A stretch of 64,000 nucleotides of DNA from Nanobdellota archaeon (GCA_038045705.1 JBBSXO010000005.1:15371-79370); one strand, 5' to 3'; shown: positions 27,831 to 38,505, counted from the stretch's first letter. Numbers and translations are program-made. The notes: generated from the letters alone by a model not told the origin.

Positions 27831-29123
27831 TTAATCCTCAACTTTAAATTCAGTTATATGCATTTGTTTCATTAATACTCTAGACCCAGATTTCCAAGAA
27901 TCTAAAAATTCCCTCAAATTGAATTTAATATCAAGTCTTGCATGAATATGTTTGTTCTTTTCAAAAGTAACTGCGTGTTTATTTTTAAAACTCATTACAG
28001 CCTTTTTCATATGTAATGGTGGTCCTATCCGAACTATTTCTTTTTTCGGCTTAGCGATTAAATAACCATTTCCCGTGTTTCCTCCAGAGTATTTGAAATA
28101 AATATCTTTTAGGATAAAATTATTTTTAACTTCTCTAATCACTAAATCAAAAAACTTTTTCAGTTTAGTTCCAGCAATATCTCCAGCTTGTTTATCTGTT
28201 CCAAGGTGAATAGAAACAAAATCTAATTTTTTTGATTCAGCTTTTTTTCTAACACTATCAATACTAATATCTTTATTCTCAAAAAACTTTAAAGAAGGGT
28301 TTCTTAGAAAATCCCTAGCACTATCTTGAAATTTAGCAAAAGTATCATGAGAAAGTGCAGCAAGTGCATTTCTTTCCTTGTAAGTCGGGTCAATCAAGAT
28401 TACAGGGCTATGAATTTTAGCTTCATTCAATTGAATAAAAACTTCATTTATTTTTTTGTAGTGTTTAGCCAAATCAATAACTAATCTTTTTTCACTAGTC
28501 ACTTTAATAAGTTCTTTAAGCATTTTAACAAAACTCTTATATTTTATTATCAATAATTCAACAGTATACCCAGAAAAACCTTTTACATAAGTCTCTGCAC
28601 CATATACCTCTTGAGCTTTAAGAAATTTTTTAGCAACTCTAACTTGGTCTTCAAGTTTAGAAATTCTTTTTTTAACATAAGGTCCATGAAAATAAGTTAA
28701 GTCGGTTACATTTTTTTCTTCAGTTGGTTTTCTTATTTTCATAACTGGAATTATTTCAAAATATCCTGGCATGTCTCTTAAGCGAACAATAAAATAATCA
28801 CGCGATCCGTGAACTCTTTCAATATTAGTATCGGAATTTATATTTAAGTTTCTAAGGAATTTATCTAGCATATCTGAGATATTTTCATACTTAGCATCAA
28901 ATCTAACAAAGATATCCACATCATAATTATCTGCCTTTAGTAAAGTCCCTTTAGCAAAGCTTCCACCAACAAAAACATCAGCATTAACTTTGGCTTTAGA
29001 TATTTCTTTTTCAAGTTTAGCAATAAAATCTTTGCTTCTTTTATTAAGTTCCTTAATTGCTTCAACATCTGGTTTTAGTTTTTTAATCTGTTCAGAAACA
29101 ACTCTTTGTATTTGATTAGACAT
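27831..29123 (-). CDS. cca: CCA-adding tRNA nucleotidyltransferase, archaeal class I
   Basis: 'GGSFAKGTLLKADNYDVDIFVRF' is the class I nucleotidyltransferase motif. The ~430-aa length fits. Confidence 0.85.
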   Translation of the reverse strand: MSNQIQRVVSEQIKKLKPDVEAIKELNKRSKDFIAKLEKEISKAKVNADVFVGGSFAKGTLLKADNYDVDIFVRFDAKYENISDMLDKFLRNLNINSDTNIERVHGSRDYFIVRLRDMPGYFEIIPVMKIRKPTEEKNVTDLTYFHGPYVKKRISKLEDQVRVAKKFLKAQEVYGAETYVKGFSGYTVELLIIKYKSFVKMLKELIKVTSEKRLVIDLAKHYKKINEVFIQLNEAKIHSPVILIDPTYKERNALAALSHDTFAKFQDSARDFLRNPSLKFFENKDISIDSVRKKAESKKLDFVSIHLGTDKQAGDIAGTKLKKFFDLVIREVKNNFILKDIYFKYSGGNTGNGYLIAKPKKEIVRIGPPLHMKKAVMSFKNKHAVTFEKNKHIHARLDIKFNLREFLDSWKSGSRVLMKQMHITEFKVED

Positions 29124-29210
29124 ACATTACAAGAGTTATAATTCCTTTAAAACCTTTACAGAGGATAGAAATTCATGGTTCTAGAAAAGCTCATATGGTC
29201 TTAGAATAAT

Positions 29211-29597
29211 TCATCTCTTTTTAATGGTAGAAGCTAAATCAATGACATATTTACCATCTTCTAATTTGTAAACTAAAGGCCTATCTTTACTAAACAAGTT
29301 AGGAATATCAAGCAAGTATTTTCCAGGACTAGTTACTTTAACAGTTTCTAAATCAAGAATTACAGGAGCATCTATCTCTTCTATCCCAGTTATTTCACGA
29401 ATATCTTCTTCAATATTCTTCTTATCTTCTGGAGTTAATTCGGCTAGTGGGGCTGGTTCGGTCTTTCCTTTAATTTTCAGCAATTTCTCTTCGCTTAAGT
29501 AAAAGAAAAATCTGCTTCCGCATTTTGAACATCCTTCTAAAGTCTGTTTAGCACCATCATGATAAACTTCAGCACAATGAATACATTGATTTGGCAT
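29211..29597 (-). CDS. Zn-ribbon protein (CxxC...CxxC)
   Basis: The N-terminus 'CIHCAEVYHDGAKQTLEGCSKCGS' carries the Zn-ribbon cysteines. Confidence 0.45.
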   Translation of the reverse strand: MPNQCIHCAEVYHDGAKQTLEGCSKCGSRFFFYLSEEKLLKIKGKTEPAPLAELTPEDKKNIEEDIREITGIEEIDAPVILDLETVKVTSPGKYLLDIPNLFSKDRPLVYKLEDGKYVIDLASTIKKR

Positions 29598-29631
29598 AAA
29601 ATGTTCGAGATTTTTATATTAATAAATCTAG

Positions 29632-30030
29632 CTACCCAAAAAATACTTCTATCTTAGAAGGGTCTTTCTTTATTTCCTTAACAATCGATGCAGGACCAAT
29701 AACTGTAAGGGAATTAGATTCTCCTGTTAATCCACGAGCAATTCCTCTTCTCATCTTTAAAAAGAATCCAGATTCATCGCGGTTAGCATCAACAACCGCT
29801 AATTCAATTCCCTTAAAAGATTTAATGTGGTCTACCATTGCCATAGTATCTTCTATAAGCCTTATTTCTTCTTCAGGACGCAATCTACCCTGTAAAATCA
29901 CCACTCTATTCCCCAGGATTAAATTGAGTATCTTCTTCACTCTTTCAGTTATTGTAAGCTCTCTTATCTCTGAATATGGCATTATATGTATACTCAATCC
30001 TTTAAGCTTCGCGTTTTTTTTCACACTCAT
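29632..30030 (-). CDS. Hypothetical protein (DUF2073-like?)
   Basis: The 132-aa ORF lies between the Zn-ribbon gene and the GTPase gene on the same strand. Confidence 0.35.
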   Translation of the reverse strand: MSVKKNAKLKGLSIHIMPYSEIRELTITERVKKILNLILGNRVVILQGRLRPEEEIRLIEDTMAMVDHIKSFKGIELAVVDANRDESGFFLKMRRGIARGLTGESNSLTVIGPASIVKEIKKDPSKIEVFFG

Positions 30031-30058
30031 TTTAAATCCATGTTTATTTAAATCCGCT

Positions 30059-30688
30059 TCAAACTTTTTTAGTTAGTTTGAAGAGTGCATCATAAAATTC
30101 ATTCATATTCATAGCCTTTTTAGCAGATATTCCAACAACAGGGTATTCTGGAAAAGCTGCTTCTATTTTTTTAATATTAGCTTTTCTCAAGTCTATCTTA
30201 TTGGCAACAACCAATACAGGTATTTTTCTTGCTAGTAAATTGCCAATAATTGTTAAATTAACTTGAGAGTATGGATTTTCAGACGAATCAAGAACAATAA
30301 CGACAGCATCCATATCATCTAACCATTTTATTGCCTCAATAATCCCTTGAGTTGCTTCTTTAGCTCTTCTTTTAGCTTCTTGTTTTGCAATTCCAAAACT
30401 TAAAAAGTCTTCATAATCAATTTTAGTTGCTATTCCAGGGGTATCAACAATTTTCAACACCATTTTTTTACCCTTATGTTCTATTTCTACTTTCTCTTTA
30501 AATTGAACTTGTCTTGTTTCATGAGGCACTTCACTAACGCTTCCAAGCTCTTCTCCAGTCCAATCCATGCACAATAAATTTGCTAAACTAGTCTTACCAG
30601 CATTAGGAGGCCCATAGAACCCTATTTTCAGATTATCTCTTTTCTTAAATACTCCAAATATTTTTGATAATAGTTTTAACATGTTCAT
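30059..30688 (-). CDS. Small GTP-binding protein
   Basis: G1 'GPPNAGKTSL', G3 'DTPG' and G4 'ANKID' are present. Confidence 0.75.
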   Translation of the reverse strand: MNMLKLLSKIFGVFKKRDNLKIGFYGPPNAGKTSLANLLCMDWTGEELGSVSEVPHETRQVQFKEKVEIEHKGKKMVLKIVDTPGIATKIDYEDFLSFGIAKQEAKRRAKEATQGIIEAIKWLDDMDAVVIVLDSSENPYSQVNLTIIGNLLARKIPVLVVANKIDLRKANIKKIEAAFPEYPVVGISAKKAMNMNEFYDALFKLTKKV

Positions 30689-33444
30689 GTGTAATAAGGT
30701 CTTTTAATAAATCTTGCGTTAATTACACCTTGTGGCTGTCTATCAGCTATCTGTTTGACAGTCTCTTTATGTTCTCTCCAAGTAAATATAGGTATCTCAA
30801 ACATTCCAACCCTCTTGCCATTTATCTTTCTAAGCGCAAATCTAATTCTTTCATTAGACCATTTTTGCTGTTTGAGTCTCGATTTAATATCTGAATCAGA
30901 AAGTCCAGATTTTCTGGCATTATATATGAAATTAACTAAATTATATAAATCATTAGATTCAGGAAATAAACTATTTTGATAATATTTTTTATACCATTCC
31001 TGTAATATTATATAAGCTACAAATGCAAATATTATTAATATTACCCATCCAATCAATGTAAATTTAAACCATCTTTTAGAACAATCTTCAGGACAACTTC
31101 CAGCAGTCTCATCATTCTCACAAATGTTATTAATATTGCATTCACCACTAGGAGCTTCAATATTACTTAAAATTTCAAGAGATGGAGAAATGTAAGCACC
31201 AAGAGTTTCAGCATCAATGTCTCCTTCAATAAAGAACTCAAATAATTGAGAAGATGATGTGTCAAGCAAAATATAATCAACTCCAGATGTAACTGATAGA
31301 GGATTATAGTTTGTTTTATACAAACCAACACTATCAATATTTTGTCCAAGAATTAAATAAGTATTTGTACTGATTGAAACAAGAGGATTTGTTCTTATTG
31401 TAAATAATGTTCCTATAGGTTCTACGCCATTATCTCCTGTTTTTTCTATTTTTCTAAATGATATCTGGGAATTAAAATTATCATCCATCCAAGCAATTAT
31501 TTGGTCTTTCAAAGCAACGTTGTCTGAAAAGTCTTCGTTTTCAATTTGTTCAATATAATTTGAATTAATATTTTCATAACCTATGCTTAACGGAAGATTA
31601 TCTGCGGAACTTCTAGAAGAAACATAAGCAGGAACATCTAGATCAATTAAATCAAGCATAATATCTTGATAATCTTGTTCAGTAGAAGCATTGTTATAAG
31701 ATAATTCTATATAATTTAACCCAGATGTTAAATTGTTAAGCCTTACCAAGCTTTGTATTTTTTGAACAGCCCAGGATGGATAAGAATTAATCTGATTAGT
31801 TATATTAGTTATTCTTCTTCGATATTCAATTATGGTTAAATTAGCAATATCTCTAGGATTTCCTACAAACACCCTAAACTGTCTAGTTGTTTGAGTCTGA
31901 TTGTTTATTGCAGTAACATTAATATCAAATGAAGAATTATTTCTGGTAAATGCATGAAATATAAAACTCCCATTAACTGTTTGAACAGGAGTCCCATCTC
32001 CAAAATTCCAAATTGTTCTAGTAATATTAGTAGAATTTGAAAAAGCAGTAAATCTAGTATTCTGACCGAATGCAACTGATTTGGGAGTTATGTCAAAAGA
32101 AAAACTTCTTCTAATAGAAATAGTTTTATCAAACAACAAGTCACCATCAAAGTATAATTCAAATTTATTGCGATTACTTTCTATAGGAATCATAAAATTT
32201 GCTTTAGATATATCAAGAGTTAAGTTATTCGAGGTTATTCTAGTAGCATAATGATCCAGTTCCTGAATCTGTTGAGTACTTGGACGAGAAGCTCCAAAAC
32301 TTTCATAATTTAATTCAGCATCATTAAAGTCAACTATTTGATTTGTTCCAAAAATCCCTAATGGTATAAAACAAGAACTACTTTGGCAATCTCCACCATA
32401 AACATTTTGAACATATTGGTTAATAATCTGTCCAAGATCCTCATAGCTTGTTTGATTTATTACTAAACTTGGAGATGAAGCATACATCATAGTTTCAGCA
32501 AATAAATCAAAATCACTATTTAGCTGACCAAATCCTTGAGCAGTACCACAAGTAGGAGATAAAGTTTCTTGACCTATTTGGTATCCATTATTTAAACTTG
32601 TTGTGATGCAAACATAGTATTCGTCAGCTTCATAAGAGGAGTGATTTACAACACAGCTTAATTCTTGGGTGCTTTGACTATTTGGGCTATTTTGAGGCAA
32701 TTTACAAGATCCAAGAAAAGAAGTAGTATCAAAATCATAGAGTTTCATAGTTAAATTAGAATTTCCAGTACCTCTATTTATTTCACCACCAACTATAAAA
32801 GATGGACCTGCAGGAATAACTATCTTTTCACAATATTCTCTTCCCGTAACAATTGTTGCCAAACCCACATTTGAAGAGTCATAACATCCTGTATGTTTTA
32901 CACCGCAGCTTTCACCACTGCCCCGATTACTCGTGAATATATTTTGTCCATCTGCAAGTAAATCTACATAAAGATTAGGAATACAACTTGAAGGAGCATT
33001 TGAACTTACTCTTAATTTAGCATCCATTATTTCGATTCCAGAACCTTGAACTTCAAATCCGACAAACCCAGTCTCACCTGAACTTAATTGCATCTGATTG
33101 ACATTTCCAGAAGAAGTATAATCATTTTGACAACCATTAGTAGAGCAATTATAATTGACCCCTTCAACTAATCCAGATTGATTTTTTATCAAATCAATCA
33201 ATGTCAAGCTCCCAGGAAAATTGCTTGTTACCTCAACATCTCCAGGATGATTAGCAAGTCTTAAGTTAAAGTTTCCCCTTATTACTTCACCACTAGAATA
33301 GTTTGAATATATGTTATTATGCAAATAGTTTACACTTGCGGAAACTCCGATAATTGTAAAAGAAATTAAGATAATTATTAATCCATTTATATAAAATAAA
33401 TTTTTATTTCGCATATATCTTTCCCTTAAAAAAGTTGAACACAA
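30685..33444 (-). CDS. Large secreted surface protein with C-terminal TM anchor and ~120-aa cytoplasmic tail
   Basis: It has a signal peptide (probable start 'MRNKNLFYINGLIIILISF'). An ~800-aa ectodomain rich in N/S/T follows, then the TM helix 'LIGWVILIIFAFVAYIIL' near the C-terminus. Confidence 0.55.
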   Translation of the reverse strand: MCSTFLRERYMRNKNLFYINGLIIILISFTIIGVSASVNYLHNNIYSNYSSGEVIRGNFNLRLANHPGDVEVTSNFPGSLTLIDLIKNQSGLVEGVNYNCSTNGCQNDYTSSGNVNQMQLSSGETGFVGFEVQGSGIEIMDAKLRVSSNAPSSCIPNLYVDLLADGQNIFTSNRGSGESCGVKHTGCYDSSNVGLATIVTGREYCEKIVIPAGPSFIVGGEINRGTGNSNLTMKLYDFDTTSFLGSCKLPQNSPNSQSTQELSCVVNHSSYEADEYYVCITTSLNNGYQIGQETLSPTCGTAQGFGQLNSDFDLFAETMMYASSPSLVINQTSYEDLGQIINQYVQNVYGGDCQSSSCFIPLGIFGTNQIVDFNDAELNYESFGASRPSTQQIQELDHYATRITSNNLTLDISKANFMIPIESNRNKFELYFDGDLLFDKTISIRRSFSFDITPKSVAFGQNTRFTAFSNSTNITRTIWNFGDGTPVQTVNGSFIFHAFTRNNSSFDINVTAINNQTQTTRQFRVFVGNPRDIANLTIIEYRRRITNITNQINSYPSWAVQKIQSLVRLNNLTSGLNYIELSYNNASTEQDYQDIMLDLIDLDVPAYVSSRSSADNLPLSIGYENINSNYIEQIENEDFSDNVALKDQIIAWMDDNFNSQISFRKIEKTGDNGVEPIGTLFTIRTNPLVSISTNTYLILGQNIDSVGLYKTNYNPLSVTSGVDYILLDTSSSQLFEFFIEGDIDAETLGAYISPSLEILSNIEAPSGECNINNICENDETAGSCPEDCSKRWFKFTLIGWVILIIFAFVAYIILQEWYKKYYQNSLFPESNDLYNLVNFIYNARKSGLSDSDIKSRLKQQKWSNERIRFALRKINGKRVGMFEIPIFTWREHKETVKQIADRQPQGVINARFIKRPYYT

Positions 33445-35617
33445 AGTAAACTGAAGCTATCAACAGAATAGCAAATAAAAATTGTCTGATTCCAAAGAAA
33501 CTAAGTTCAAAATTTAAAGAACCACAAGGAACAGTTACAGAAGGTCTACTAGGACAAGTTCCAGACACAACATTATAGCTTATTGTTTTTCTTCCATTAA
33601 TACATTCACTCGTAGTTGTAGTGTAAGCACAATTACCTCCAAGAATAGGTCCCCCTCCAACATTACATGCACCCGTAGAAGTATTAGCATATTGTGTTGC
33701 TCTAACACCACAACGGCTAGATGCAGTATCCCAAAAGCATTGTAAAAAAGTGCATGGAGGGGGGTTTCCACCATAAGAAGCTAAGGGAATAGCAGTATTG
33801 TTATTACTGTTACAAGCATTTTGATTTGTGAAATCACTACATTCTAAAGTTATGTTTCCAGATATTTGACAAGAATAAAGAGCCCGATTATCTACACCAG
33901 GCATGCATCTAAGTCCAGCGGCGCAACAGTCGTCTGCTGTTCCTGCAATAAAGTCTCCACCTTTACAATAATCATTTTCCTGATTAGTAGAGTAACTTAA
34001 AGAACCTGAAGCATAATATGTATTCCCATTATTCAAACATCTACCTAAGGTAAATTCTCTTTCAAATACTGCATTTGCTCCATTAGTATGAGTTATAGAA
34101 ACACTCATGTGCTTATCATTTACACTATTTGATAAATCATCATACTGTGCAGTTCCTTGATAAATTCCATTTCCTTCAAAATTGATCCATTCATCACTCC
34201 AATCCTGATCCCAAAATCTCCAGTTAAAATTCAATGTATTGTAAAGATTATTTCCACCAGTAGCAGAAGTTATTGAAATTCCACCAGAAGGGTTAGGAGT
34301 ACAACCAGCAGGAACATTCTTAGTTTCAGCAGGACAATCTCCACCAATACACTGAACACTACATCCATTTACATCAACTGCAAAACTATCAGAAGCATTA
34401 AATGGAACGCTTTGAGGAAAATAAGGTCCAGAAGTAGGTGGTGTTGTATATACAAATTCATTAAATTCAGGCTCTTGTATATAAGCAAGAACATAAGGAC
34501 TGGCAACAATCAACATCTGACTTTCAGCAATGTCATAATTTCCAGCCAAATCAGTACATCTTAATTTAACATTTGTTTGTCCAGGACTAGTAAATCTATG
34601 CGGAAAGTTAGATCCAGTTCTTGTAAAAGAATTAGATCCTTGAGTTATCGTCCATTCATTTTGAACAGGTCCAATTTGACTTGTACATCCAGATACAAAA
34701 TTAATATCGCTATTGCTATTGAGAAAATAAACTCCTCTATGAACTGGAGCAGTAATATTTGCAATAGGACTTGAAAATGAACATAAGCTTGAGTTATCTT
34801 GATAATAGATATCATAAGATTCATTAGAATATGTAGAATAATTTGCTCTGAAAAATAGTTCCAATCTATTATCTCCATCAGGAAGTTGTCCTTGTATCAC
34901 TTGTCTAATGACTGAGTCACTTAAATTTAGAATAATATTTGCTTGATTGTTTAGCACAGGTGCAAACAAAGTAGCAATTTTATCATCACGACCTAAATCT
35001 CTATCATAGAAATTAAACTGAATCTGACTATTATCTGCCATCGAAACAGTCTGAACACTCGCAGTAATAATATGATTAGAGCAAATATTAGCTCCAGCAG
35101 GAATCACAGTTCCATCATAATATTTCCATATTGGATTATATATTTGAGGAGAGTTAGTTCTACAGCAAATTCTAGTGTTATAATTACTAGATCCAGCAGT
35201 CCCAAGATGAGCATTTGTATCAGCAGAGAGAGAAACAACTTCAGTCTGTCCAGATGGACAAGCACTTGTACTACTAACGCAAATTAAATCTCCATAACAA
35301 ACATTTCTAGGATAATTTATTCCAGTGTAATCTGGAGTTTGAGCATGAGCATTAGTATAATCACTAAGTCTTAAAACTAAATTAGTCCCAGTACAATCAT
35401 GAGGGTTAGGTCCAACAGGATAACCAGGAAACAAACTGGGAAAACATATTTGAGTTCCATAATTTCCAGCCCCATTATATACTTCCCCATGAGCATTAGA
35501 TATATCTGATATCCTTAGAATTCTTTGATTATCTGTGCAAGTTTGAGCGCTAACATTTAGAGTGAGTAAAAAAATACAAAACAAACTACAAAATAATAAC
35601 ATCACCAATCTCTTCAT
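33404..35617 (-). CDS. Large Cys-rich secreted surface protein with C-terminal TM anchor
   Basis: It has a signal peptide 'LVMLLFCSLFCIFLLTLNVSA' and more than 40 Cys. The C-terminal 'FLFAILLIASVYFVFNFF' is followed by a basic tail. Confidence 0.55.
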   Translation of the reverse strand: MKRLVMLLFCSLFCIFLLTLNVSAQTCTDNQRILRISDISNAHGEVYNGAGNYGTQICFPSLFPGYPVGPNPHDCTGTNLVLRLSDYTNAHAQTPDYTGINYPRNVCYGDLICVSSTSACPSGQTEVVSLSADTNAHLGTAGSSNYNTRICCRTNSPQIYNPIWKYYDGTVIPAGANICSNHIITASVQTVSMADNSQIQFNFYDRDLGRDDKIATLFAPVLNNQANIILNLSDSVIRQVIQGQLPDGDNRLELFFRANYSTYSNESYDIYYQDNSSLCSFSSPIANITAPVHRGVYFLNSNSDINFVSGCTSQIGPVQNEWTITQGSNSFTRTGSNFPHRFTSPGQTNVKLRCTDLAGNYDIAESQMLIVASPYVLAYIQEPEFNEFVYTTPPTSGPYFPQSVPFNASDSFAVDVNGCSVQCIGGDCPAETKNVPAGCTPNPSGGISITSATGGNNLYNTLNFNWRFWDQDWSDEWINFEGNGIYQGTAQYDDLSNSVNDKHMSVSITHTNGANAVFEREFTLGRCLNNGNTYYASGSLSYSTNQENDYCKGGDFIAGTADDCCAAGLRCMPGVDNRALYSCQISGNITLECSDFTNQNACNSNNNTAIPLASYGGNPPPCTFLQCFWDTASSRCGVRATQYANTSTGACNVGGGPILGGNCAYTTTTSECINGRKTISYNVVSGTCPSRPSVTVPCGSLNFELSFFGIRQFLFAILLIASVYFVFNFFKGKIYAK

Positions 35618-35660
35618 AAAGAGTCATGCCGTCGCCACTTTATAAAGATTATTAAAATAA

Positions 35661-37103
35661 CTATCCTTTTACAACTCCAAGGGGTTTGAGTCTGGCAACC
35701 ATTTTTCCAATGCCAAGTTCATCACTTATACGAACAACTTCGTTAACATCTTTGTATGCTTCAGGAGCTTCGTCAACAGCACCTTTCAAACTCCCAGTTT
35801 GAAGAACAACATCTTTGTCTTGTAATTCTTTTTGCAAGCTTTCACTATTTATTGTTTTAGACGCTTCGCTTCTAGATAAAAGGCGTCCAGCACCATGAGC
35901 AGTGCTTCCAAAAGTTAGTTCTTCAGCTTTTTTAGTTCCAACTAAGACATAAGAATAAGTGCCCATACTTCCAGGGATAAATATTGGACAACCTACCTTT
36001 CGATAGATTAAAGGCAATTCATTTCTACCAGGTCCAAAAGAACGAGTAGCACCCTTTCTATGCACAAGTAATTTTCTTTTAACCCCATTTACAATATGTT
36101 CCTCAAATTTTGCAATATTATGTGCAAGATCATAAACTAAATTTAATTCTGATTTAGGGAAATATTTTTTAAAGATTTTCCTAATTTGATGCATAATCAA
36201 ATGTCTATTAGCAAATCCAAAGTTAGCAGCTGCAGCCATTGCAGACAAGTAATCTCTTCCTAAATCAGATTCTATCTTAGCATAAGCTAATTGTCTATCA
36301 GGTAGATGTTTAAACCCATATTCATCCTCCATCTTTTTCATATAATCAGATGCAACTTGATGTCCAACCCCTCTACTACCTGAATGTATCATTATAGTAA
36401 TTTGTCCAATTTTATTTATTCCAAATATTTTTGCAATCTTCTCATCATAAATTTGTTCAACTTCTTGAATTTCAAGAAAATGATTTCCAGCGCCAAGAGT
36501 TCCAAGTTGATTCATCCCTCTTCCACGCGCTTTAGCAGAAACTTTAGAAGCATCAGCCCCAAGTATTTTTCCACTATCTTCACATTTATCTTTATCTTTT
36601 ACATCACCATATCCCTTTTCAATAGCCCAACCAACCCCATTTAATAAAACTCGATCAATTTCTTTATTATTTAACTTAAATTCACTTTTCTTTCCAACTC
36701 CAGAAGGAACACTGTTGTAAATATCCTTTAAGATATTATTTCTCTCATTCAAGAATTCATTTTTAGTTAAGTTTGTAGAGACTAAACGCACCCCACAATT
36801 AATATCAAAACCTATCACTCCTGGGCTAATAATTCCTTTTTTAGCATCAAATACAGCAACTCCTCCAACAGGAGCACCATAACCCTGATGTGCATCCATC
36901 ATAGCCATAGAGTATCCAACTATCTCAGGCAATTTTGCTACATTTTTAACTTGAGTCAATGTTAAGTCGCTTTTTATTTTTTCAAACAATGCTTCAGAAG
37001 CGAATATTCTCCCAGGAACATTCATGCCTTCTTGTTTAGATAATTCATAAACAAATTCAGATATCTTTTTAATTTTTTCTTTCATTTTAATCATATATAT
37101 CAT
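35661..37103 (-). CDS. rtcB: tRNA-splicing ligase RtcB
   Basis: 'GAGNHFLEIQ', 'GSMGTYSYVLVG' and 'HGAGR' are present. Confidence 0.92.
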   Translation of the reverse strand: MIYMIKMKEKIKKISEFVYELSKQEGMNVPGRIFASEALFEKIKSDLTLTQVKNVAKLPEIVGYSMAMMDAHQGYGAPVGGVAVFDAKKGIISPGVIGFDINCGVRLVSTNLTKNEFLNERNNILKDIYNSVPSGVGKKSEFKLNNKEIDRVLLNGVGWAIEKGYGDVKDKDKCEDSGKILGADASKVSAKARGRGMNQLGTLGAGNHFLEIQEVEQIYDEKIAKIFGINKIGQITIMIHSGSRGVGHQVASDYMKKMEDEYGFKHLPDRQLAYAKIESDLGRDYLSAMAAAANFGFANRHLIMHQIRKIFKKYFPKSELNLVYDLAHNIAKFEEHIVNGVKRKLLVHRKGATRSFGPGRNELPLIYRKVGCPIFIPGSMGTYSYVLVGTKKAEELTFGSTAHGAGRLLSRSEASKTINSESLQKELQDKDVVLQTGSLKGAVDEAPEAYKDVNEVVRISDELGIGKMVARLKPLGVVKG

Positions 37104-37127
37104 TAATTAGATATTTTTAAACAATAG

Positions 37128-37553
37128 TCATACATCCAAAACAACTTGACATTCCCATATTTTATCTTTTTGTTTAACATACATCTCAGCATAAGTCGGG
37201 GACTTAATTGCATCTAATGACTTATAATTTAATGTACTATCTCCATATAAAATAGCATTAATATTATTTTTATTCAAATTTACCTTAGCATTTGAAACAA
37301 CAAACTGCTTAGCATCAAACAAGTAAATTAATTCTTCAATGAATTTATACAATAAAGATTCATAATCACTTCCAGAAATAGAAATTTCCTTATTTTTCAA
37401 TGGTCTAATTTTTTCCCCTCTTGAGAATACTGAAGAAACTGCAAGAACACAGTTTTCAAACATTTCATTCAGGTTTTTACCATGAGCTATAAATTTTAGG
37501 TCTCCAGTATGCTTTAAAAATTCAAATCCTTTATTCATTTTTCTAAACAGCAA
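37128..37553 (-). CDS. Archease (RtcB activator)
   Basis: It is 141 aa. 'FEFLKHTGDLKFIAHGKNLNEMFENCVLAVSSVF' matches the archease N-terminus. It lies immediately downstream of rtcB. Confidence 0.7.
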   Translation of the reverse strand: MLFRKMNKGFEFLKHTGDLKFIAHGKNLNEMFENCVLAVSSVFSRGEKIRPLKNKEISISGSDYESLLYKFIEELIYLFDAKQFVVSNAKVNLNKNNINAILYGDSTLNYKSLDAIKSPTYAEMYVKQKDKIWECQVVLDV

Positions 37554-37729
37554 TTATTGTATAAATAACTTCGCTCTTAATAGAATTTATAATTCAGCTT
37601 CTAATAAAAAACTCAAACAAATCATCAATAAAGTTCTTAATTAGTTTAAAAGCGTACTCAGATAAAATATTACCTCTTTATAATAACAACAATAAAAAAG
37701 TTTAAATACATCAAATTTATCTAAAAAAT

Positions 37730-38431
37730 ATGAGTAGGCCAACATTCAGAATTTTATCGAAAGGATTATCAAAAGGAGTGACTCCAGTAGAAGTAAATGG
37801 AGTACTTTACAATGCATCCTCAAAAGGTCCAGGAAACTTTAACAAATTAAGGCAAGCAGATTATGGACCGAGTTTTAGGCAAGGAACATTTGGAAACCAA
37901 CTAGATATACTTCACGGAGCACATCTTAATCCAGGAGTAGATGGTGCATACAGAGTTACTCAAACAGCAAGAACCTCCATTGTTTCAGGAAACACAGCAA
38001 TGCTTTGCACTCCAAGAATAATCTTAGTTCAAAATAGACCTCAAGTTACAGATGGAAGAATTGTCATGGATGAAGAGGATTTAACAAATAGGTTAACTGG
38101 AGATACGATAAGAGGGGTTACATTTGATAGAGCTAGAAGCATAGCTGGAATTCCGTATGGTCTTGCAAAAGAATGGCAAAATTCAGAACAAATGAGAAAT
38201 AATCCAATTCCAATTGTATTAACAATGGATGAATCAGCTCCAGAAAAATTGGAGGAAATTCAAGAGGAAATAGGTAAAAGAAGCTATGTTTATGTTCTAG
38301 ATCAAATTCAAGTTTCAAAACCAGAAATCACAGTTCCTGTTTTGGACGAGGACGACGTCAGGTTGAATCTCTTCGGCTTTGACCGGTACGTCTTGGATGG
38401 CCTCAGGCGATCGTTTGGGATATGTCAGTAA
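37730..38431 (+). CDS. Hypothetical protein
   Basis: It is a 233-aa ORF with a TATA-like motif at 37701-37708. The last ~90 nt are unusually GC-rich. Confidence 0.4.
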   Translation: MSRPTFRILSKGLSKGVTPVEVNGVLYNASSKGPGNFNKLRQADYGPSFRQGTFGNQLDILHGAHLNPGVDGAYRVTQTARTSIVSGNTAMLCTPRIILVQNRPQVTDGRIVMDEEDLTNRLTGDTIRGVTFDRARSIAGIPYGLAKEWQNSEQMRNNPIPIVLTMDESAPEKLEEIQEEIGKRSYVYVLDQIQVSKPEITVPVLDEDDVRLNLFGFDRYVLDGLRRSFGICQ

Positions 38432-38505
38432 TTCACACTCCAGATTTCACTCTTACTAAATTGAAGTCTTAAAAACAAACAACGTATTTTCTAGAAAATA
38501 ATTGG

